A stretch of 64,000 nt of DNA from Leptonemataceae bacterium (GTDB lineage: Bacteria > Spirochaetota > Leptospiria > Leptospirales > Leptonemataceae), in assembly GCA_965227295.1 (NCBI GenBank), contig OZ245742.1:2560001-2624000 (forward strand), given 5' to 3'. This document shows positions 58,810-64,000 of the stretch, in pieces. The notes under the pieces were generated by a model. The model did no database searches. It had not been told where the DNA came from and saw only the letters and a list, made by a program, of their open reading frames with translations. Position 1 is the first letter of the stretch. Each line of letters opens with the position of its first letter. Made by a program: the position numbers and the translations under genes.

Positions 58810-60270
58810 ATGGGCCGCGAGATCGACAGAGAACACTTCCACGACGCCGACTTCGCGCGCTTTCGGGAGCACCTGCGCGCCGAAACCGAACTGCTTGCTC
58901 AGTGGACGGGAGAACATCGTTTCGCGGACGAACATCCGAGGGGCGGCTTTGAACTGGAAGCGTGGTTACTGGACGCTAACTTTCAGCCGGCGATGATTTA
59001 CGACGAGTTCCGCGCGGCCGTGCCCGCGGGTGAGGATGCCCGGGATCTCATCGCTCCGGAGCTCGCGCGCTTTAACGTGGAGTTGAATCATCATCCGCGG
59101 GAACTGCGACACGATGCGCTGCGCGGATTCGAAAAAGACCTCGGCGAACTCTGGTCGCTCTGCGGGCGGACGGGACGCGAGGCCTTCGACGCCCGGCTCA
59201 TGATGATCGGCATTTTGCCGACCCTTGCCGAAAGCGGGCTCTGCCTGGCGAACATCTCCCGGGGCATGCGTTATCATGCGTTAAACGAACAGATCCTGCG
59301 CCTGCGCGAAGGGCTGCCGCTGGAGCTGAACATCGTCGGCCGGGAGCGGCTCCACGTAACGCACGAAGATGTAATGTTAGAGGCCGCCACCGCCTCGTTT
59401 CAGATTCACTTCCAGGCGCCCCGGGACGATGCCGTGCGCCTCTACAACGCGTCCCTGATTGCGACGGCCCCGCTGGTGGCCGTCGGCGCCAATGCCCCGT
59501 ACCTCTTCGGCAAAGACCTGTGGGAGGAAACGCGCATCCCGCTGTTCGAAGAGGCGGTGGAGTCCGGCGGCCTCGGCGCCGGGGCCTGGGGGCCGCTGCG
59601 CCGGGTGAGTTTCGGCAGTGGTTACGCGCGGCGTTCTCTCTTAGAGGTATTTCAGGAAAACTTAGAGCACTACCCCGTTCTGCTGCCCATCGATTACACG
59701 GAAGCGGACGCCCGGGAACGATTGCGGCATCTGCGATTGCACAACGGCACCATCTGGCGCTGGGTGCGTCCGTTGATCGGTTTCTGCGCGGACGGCCGGC
59801 CGCACTTTCGCATTGAACAGCGGGTCACCGCCGGCGGGCCGACGGTCACGGATCACACGGCGAACATGGCGTTCTACTTCGGCCTGGCCTGGTACTGGGC
59901 CAGGCTGACGGACGAGGCCCCCGAGACGCATCTTGAGTTCGCCGTGGCCCGGGACAATTTTTACAATGCGGCGCGCCACGGTCTCGGGGCGCATCTGCAC
60001 TGGTTCGATGACCGGCGTTGCACGGTGAAAGATGCGATCCTGAAAGATTTGTTGCCGCTGGCGGCGCGGGGTCTCGACGATCTCGGTCTGGACGGAGAAG
60101 ATAGCGGCCGTTATCTGGAAATCATTCGGGCCCGCACCGAAAGCGGGCACACGGGAGCGCACTGGCAGCGCGCGTTCTGCGAAAAATACGGCCGGGACAT
60201 GACGGCCCTGACCCGGGCCTACTACGAACGCCAGGAGAGCGGCGCGCCGGTACATACCTGGGATCTCTAA
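58810..60270 (+). CDS. Glutamate--cysteine ligase-like (GCS2) protein
   Basis: G.ELE, EL..FNVELN, IGILPTL, Q.H, ETRIPLFE, LHNGTIWRW.RP, RIE.R. Confidence 0.85.
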   Translation: MGREIDREHFHDADFARFREHLRAETELLAQWTGEHRFADEHPRGGFELEAWLLDANFQPAMIYDEFRAAVPAGEDARDLIAPELARFNVELNHHPRELRHDALRGFEKDLGELWSLCGRTGREAFDARLMMIGILPTLAESGLCLANISRGMRYHALNEQILRLREGLPLELNIVGRERLHVTHEDVMLEAATASFQIHFQAPRDDAVRLYNASLIATAPLVAVGANAPYLFGKDLWEETRIPLFEEAVESGGLGAGAWGPLRRVSFGSGYARRSLLEVFQENLEHYPVLLPIDYTEADARERLRHLRLHNGTIWRWVRPLIGFCADGRPHFRIEQRVTAGGPTVTDHTANMAFYFGLAWYWARLTDEAPETHLEFAVARDNFYNAARHGLGAHLHWFDDRRCTVKDAILKDLLPLAARGLDDLGLDGEDSGRYLEIIRARTESGHTGAHWQRAFCEKYGRDMTALTRAYYERQESGAPVHTWDL

Positions 60271-61376
60271 TGTCAAATCAAACAAACCTAAAAAAAGACC
60301 GCCGCCGTGCACCGGCCGGGCCGTTCGAGTACGAAAACGAGCTGCCCCCGGGGTTTCTGGACGCCCGGGCCGGCGAACTGCACCGCCTGCTGCCCGGCCC
60401 GTCGCTCATCTGCCTGGCCGATCAGCGCGGGAACCTGGAACATCCGTTGTTTGTTTCCGTGCTGTTGCACGGCAACGAGGAGACCGGGCTGCCGGCCGTG
60501 CAGCGGCTCCTGCGTAAGTATCAAAAAAGTGAAGCTAAAGGGGAGCCGCGCTTCGCTTTGCCGCGCCCGTTGTTCATCTTCGTCGGTAACGTCTGGGCGG
60601 CCCGGGCCGGTCGGCGATTTCTCCAGGGCCAGGCGGATTACAATCGCATCTGGCCGGGCACGGAGTACGACACCGCCGCGGACGCCCCCCATGCGGCCGA
60701 GATCGACATGGCCGTGCGAATCACGGAACGACTCCGCCGCATGGGGCCGTTCGCCAGCATCGACATCCACAACAACACCGGAACGAATCCCCACTACGGC
60801 TGCATCAATCGCCTGGACGATGCGTTCTTGCATCTGGCCGCGCTCTTCGGTCGCACGGTCGTTTACTTTCGTCGACCGAAGGGAGTGCAGTCCATCGCCT
60901 TTTCCGGGATGTGTCCCGCGATTACGATCGAGTGCGGACACTCCGGTGACGAAGCGGGAACCGAGCACGCCTTTGAATTTCTGGACGCCGTCCTGCGACT
61001 GGCGGAGTTCCCCGCGCATGCGCCGGCGAAGCACGACATCGAAGTTTATCACACCGTTGCGCGACTCTTCGTGCCGCAGGAATACACGTTCGCCTTCGGC
61101 CCCGGCGGCACCGACATCATCTTTCGCGCGGACCTGGATCATCTGAACTTTCGAGAGCTGCACACGGGTGAAGAAATCGCCGCGCTGCAGAGCGACGCGC
61201 GCATCTACGTGCGCGGCGAGTACGGCGACGACGTCACGGACGAGTTCTTGAATCACGACGGCGGCCGCATCACCCTGGCGAAGCCGGCCATGCCGTCCAT
61301 GTTTACGCTGGATCCGCGCATTGTGCGCCAGGACTGCCTGGGGTATTTGATGGAGCGGGTCGATCTTAAGTCTTGA
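60270..61376 (+). CDS. Succinylglutamate desuccinylase/aspartoacylase (M14) family hydrolase
   Basis: HGNE, NR, IDIHN, TIECG; TAATG overlap with the ligase gene. Confidence 0.85.
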   Translation: MSNQTNLKKDRRRAPAGPFEYENELPPGFLDARAGELHRLLPGPSLICLADQRGNLEHPLFVSVLLHGNEETGLPAVQRLLRKYQKSEAKGEPRFALPRPLFIFVGNVWAARAGRRFLQGQADYNRIWPGTEYDTAADAPHAAEIDMAVRITERLRRMGPFASIDIHNNTGTNPHYGCINRLDDAFLHLAALFGRTVVYFRRPKGVQSIAFSGMCPAITIECGHSGDEAGTEHAFEFLDAVLRLAEFPAHAPAKHDIEVYHTVARLFVPQEYTFAFGPGGTDIIFRADLDHLNFRELHTGEEIAALQSDARIYVRGEYGDDVTDEFLNHDGGRITLAKPAMPSMFTLDPRIVRQDCLGYLMERVDLKS

Positions 61377-61379
61377 TCG

Positions 61380-64000
61380 CTAAAACTTAATACAGTAAAG
61401 CAGCGCGATGTTTCGCGGTCGCGTCTCCGATCCGTAGCGCGGCGGTCCGTTGCTGCCGTCCGTGATCGGCTCGCGGATGGCATCGTTGATGTGTCCCCAG
61501 GCGGAACCGGCCGGCATCGCGTGGCTGAAGTCCTGATTCACCGCGGTCATCGTCGTCGCCTGCGCGTGCCGGTGTCCCTGAAATTGGTCCGCCTGGGCGC
61601 TGCCGAAGACGCGTCCCGCGTCCACGCCGCGACCGCCGTCCCAGCCGCGAACGAACTCGCCGCGCATGTCCGGCACGTTGAACGTCGTCGAACCGTCTCC
61701 GCTGCCGAAGCGATCGCCGATGCGTTGAAACAATCGTGCATACTGCGCGCGATTCACCGCGCGACCGTCGCAGGCGATCCAGCCCGGCGGCGCGCTTTCC
61801 GACGCAAACGACTGCACCGCGCCGACCTGATCGACGCCTTCCGGTGTCGGCTGCGCGAGCTGGATGATTTCGATCTGCGTGTAGACTTCGTCATCGCCGG
61901 TGTTCGTCGAATAGCCCAGTGCCGCGTCACTCGTTCCCTGAAACAGCGCGTACATTTCAAGACGGAAGGACTTCGGTGAGTCAAGGGTGGTGAAGCCGGC
62001 CCAGTGGGCCTCGCCGATTTCCTCTGAATCGGGGCCGTTCGCGGCGAAAGCGGCCCGGCCTGGAATGCTCGGCGTTCCGTCGGTGATGTTGAACAGCCGG
62101 ATTCGGAAGTTCAGGACACGATGGCCCGGGGCGTGCGCTCGAATCAAGTAGCTCCCCTCCGGTAATGTAAACTCGTTGGAATTTAGTGAGATGCCCGCAA
62201 TGTTCGTTTCCAGGTCGTTTAGGGTGCGCGTGAACCAGGACGATGTAACCGGAGCCAGGCCGCCGTTAGTGCCGGAGGATTGGCGTTCGCTCAGCAAGGC
62301 ATAGCCTCCCGCCGGCGGTGCCAGGGCGTTTTCCCGGACCTTCATGATCCACACGACGGACATGTTCACCGGTCGCGTTTCGGGGCCGAGTCGCGGTGAG
62401 CCGTGAATGCCGTCGTCTACAGCGCCCAGGGTTTCCGCTTCAGGTGTCAGTTGTTTGTTGTTGTTGCCGCCCGGGGTCTCACCGCTGCTTCCTACAATAA
62501 AGGCGCGGTCGTTCAACGCGTGATGGTGCCCCTGCAGCCTATCATCTTCAAACGCACCCGACGTAGTATCACCGCGCAGGAACGCGCCCTTCGTATTCCA
62601 GGTTTCTTTCGGATTGTTTAAGTCCGGTATGATTTGCCCGTCGTACGGCGACGCCGGATCGCTTAACGTCTGCCCGTTGCATTCTACCCAGCCGTCGGGC
62701 AGGGCCGGTGTGTTGTTGAATGATTTATGCCACGCGAGCACGGTGCCGAGCGGAAGGTTGCCGCCGCCACCGTCCTGGCCGGCGGTGGTTTGCAACGTGC
62801 CGTCGGGAAAGAGAATGCCGTCGACGCCGATTTCGCCGGCGATGTGCAGTTTCGCCTGGGGCAGATCGGTGCCGATGCCGACGTTCCCCGAACTACGGCT
62901 GACGTCTGCGCCGCTCGCCTCCCAGAGGCCGGCCGATTGTGAACTGAGATCGTAGCCGAAGACCTCGACGTTGTGCATGCCGTGACCGGAGCCCGTGCGG
63001 TCGAACTCCAGGCTGCCGCTGTCCTGCATCTCGATCTGAAACTGCACCGAGTGTGTTCCGGCCGCGAGCACGTCCTGTTCGCCGCCCAGGCCGACGACGA
63101 TCTGCGTGGTGAACGTATCCGTACCGCTGCCGCCGTCCTGGAGTTGCAGCCATGGAATGTAGGTGATGACCGAGCCGGTGATGGAGTCGTCGATCAGCGC
63201 GCGAATCTGCACGGCGCCGCCTGTACGATTGAAATAACTGATGTTCGCGCGCAGATAGAAACGGCCGCTGGTGGGCAGGTTCACCGTAATCGGTGTTGCG
63301 TTGAAGTTGCGCCAGACGCCGGAAAACGTCGTCGTCTCGGTGAGGATCTGGTTCGTATTCGCGATGTTCGGAATCATGTCCAGCAACTGGAAGTTCGATT
63401 TCACAAACACGCTCTGAGCGTCACCTAAGCCGTTCTGGCGAATCTTCATGATCCAGACGACGGACATGTTGACGGGGCGGGTTTCGTCGCCGTAGCGGGG
63501 GGTGCTCCAGCCGGAGTCGACCGGGTCCGTCAGGTTGGCGTAGCCCGTATTGAGCGCATATGAGTTTGTGCCGGAGCCCATATCCAGGGTCTGGCAACCA
63601 GGCGTGAACAAAGTAACGCAGATACCCCGTGCGGTGTGCGTATGGCCGATATCGTTGTGCTTATGCCCCTGCATCATATCATCTTCGAACAGACCCGAAG
63701 TATCGCCGCCGCGCAGGAAGCTGCCCTTCGAGTTCCACGACTGCCGTGCGCCGTTCAAGTCCGGTACGATGTTAGGCAACTGATGAAACGGGCTCAGCGG
63801 ATCGTCGACGAGCTGGCCGTTGCATTCGACCCAGCCGTCCGGAAGTTCCGGGTTGCCGTTGATGTCCCGATGCCACGCGAGGATCGTGCCGAGGGGCAGC
63901 GTATCGAAGGCGCCGCTCATACCGCCGGCCCCGTCACCGCCGGCCGTCGTTTGAATCGTGCCGTCGGGAAACTTAAAGCCGCCGGACTTCGATTCAATGA
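61380..64000 (-). CDS. Tail-fibre-like protein with three collar-type modules (5' end outside the window)
   Basis: Frame stays open from 63920 to the window end (IESKSGGFKFPDGTIQTTA); repeated P.GW..C.G...PD....F.RG...D..QGH.H...ETRP.N modules. Confidence 0.85.
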   Translation of the reverse strand, partial: IESKSGGFKFPDGTIQTTAGGDGAGGMSGAFDTLPLGTILAWHRDINGNPELPDGWVECNGQLVDDPLSPFHQLPNIVPDLNGARQSWNSKGSFLRGGDTSGLFEDDMMQGHKHNDIGHTHTARGICVTLFTPGCQTLDMGSGTNSYALNTGYANLTDPVDSGWSTPRYGDETRPVNMSVVWIMKIRQNGLGDAQSVFVKSNFQLLDMIPNIANTNQILTETTTFSGVWRNFNATPITVNLPTSGRFYLRANISYFNRTGGAVQIRALIDDSITGSVITYIPWLQLQDGGSGTDTFTTQIVVGLGGEQDVLAAGTHSVQFQIEMQDSGSLEFDRTGSGHGMHNVEVFGYDLSSQSAGLWEASGADVSRSSGNVGIGTDLPQAKLHIAGEIGVDGILFPDGTLQTTAGQDGGGGNLPLGTVLAWHKSFNNTPALPDGWVECNGQTLSDPASPYDGQIIPDLNNPKETWNTKGAFLRGDTTSGAFEDDRLQGHHHALNDRAFIVGSSGETPGGNNNKQLTPEAETLGAVDDGIHGSPRLGPETRPVNMSVVWIMKVRENALAPPAGGYALLSERQSSGTNGGLAPVTSSWFTRTLNDLETNIAGISLNSNEFTLPEGSYLIRAHAPGHRVLNFRIRLFNITDGTPSIPGRAAFAANGPDSEEIGEAHWAGFTTLDSPKSFRLEMYALFQGTSDAALGYSTNTGDDEVYTQIEIIQLAQPTPEGVDQVGAVQSFASESAPPGWIACDGRAVNRAQYARLFQRIGDRFGSGDGSTTFNVPDMRGEFVRGWDGGRGVDAGRVFGSAQADQFQGHRHAQATTMTAVNQDFSHAMPAGSAWGHINDAIREPITDGSNGPPRYGSETRPRNIALLYCIKF

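Noticed and set aside
61380..64000. Diversity-generating retroelement TR/VR pair in the collar protein
   Set aside because: The repeats are in-frame coding modules differing at many non-adenine positions, and no reverse transcriptase is in the window

Overview
GC-rich bacterial chromosomal window of about 60 genes. It probably comes from a Leptospirales-like spirochaete; this is an inference from the ArgF variant motifs (FQKTSTRTR...DTWVDMEF...HDMP) and from Leptospira-type lipoprotein and secreted paralogues. Housekeeping and metabolic content: partial alaS, argF, BCCT transporter, nfeD-stomatin, GH15, a complete Na+-NQR cluster (nqrABCDEF-apbE plus a convergent nqrM), vWA/YfbK, TetR-SDR, GAF-cyclase and GAF hybrid kinase with two STAS genes, GMC oxidase, a split ThDP enzyme, sirtuin, ilvB, gpmA, pnuC, FGGY kinase plus sphingosine-1-phosphate-lyase-like gene, a glutamate-cysteine-ligase-like/M14 pair, and a partial multi-collar tail-fibre-like protein. 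No rRNA, tRNA, CRISPR array or transposase was seen. The most unusual region is 29.5-32.5 kb. It holds (i) a stand-alone, divergent EF-Tu paralogue behind a 30-codon leader ORF with mutually exclusive antiterminator and terminator hairpins, (ii) three copies of an unrecognised non-coding, apparently structured element (two of about 290-300 nt, one partial), two of them starting exactly after a TAG stop, and (iii) a mini-gene resembling only the FliF C-terminus. Also present: an unannotated Val-rich ilvB attenuator, five copies of a CCGAG-armed hairpin (MITE/REP-like) family, and three broken genes. All calls come from reading motifs by eye; no database search was run.
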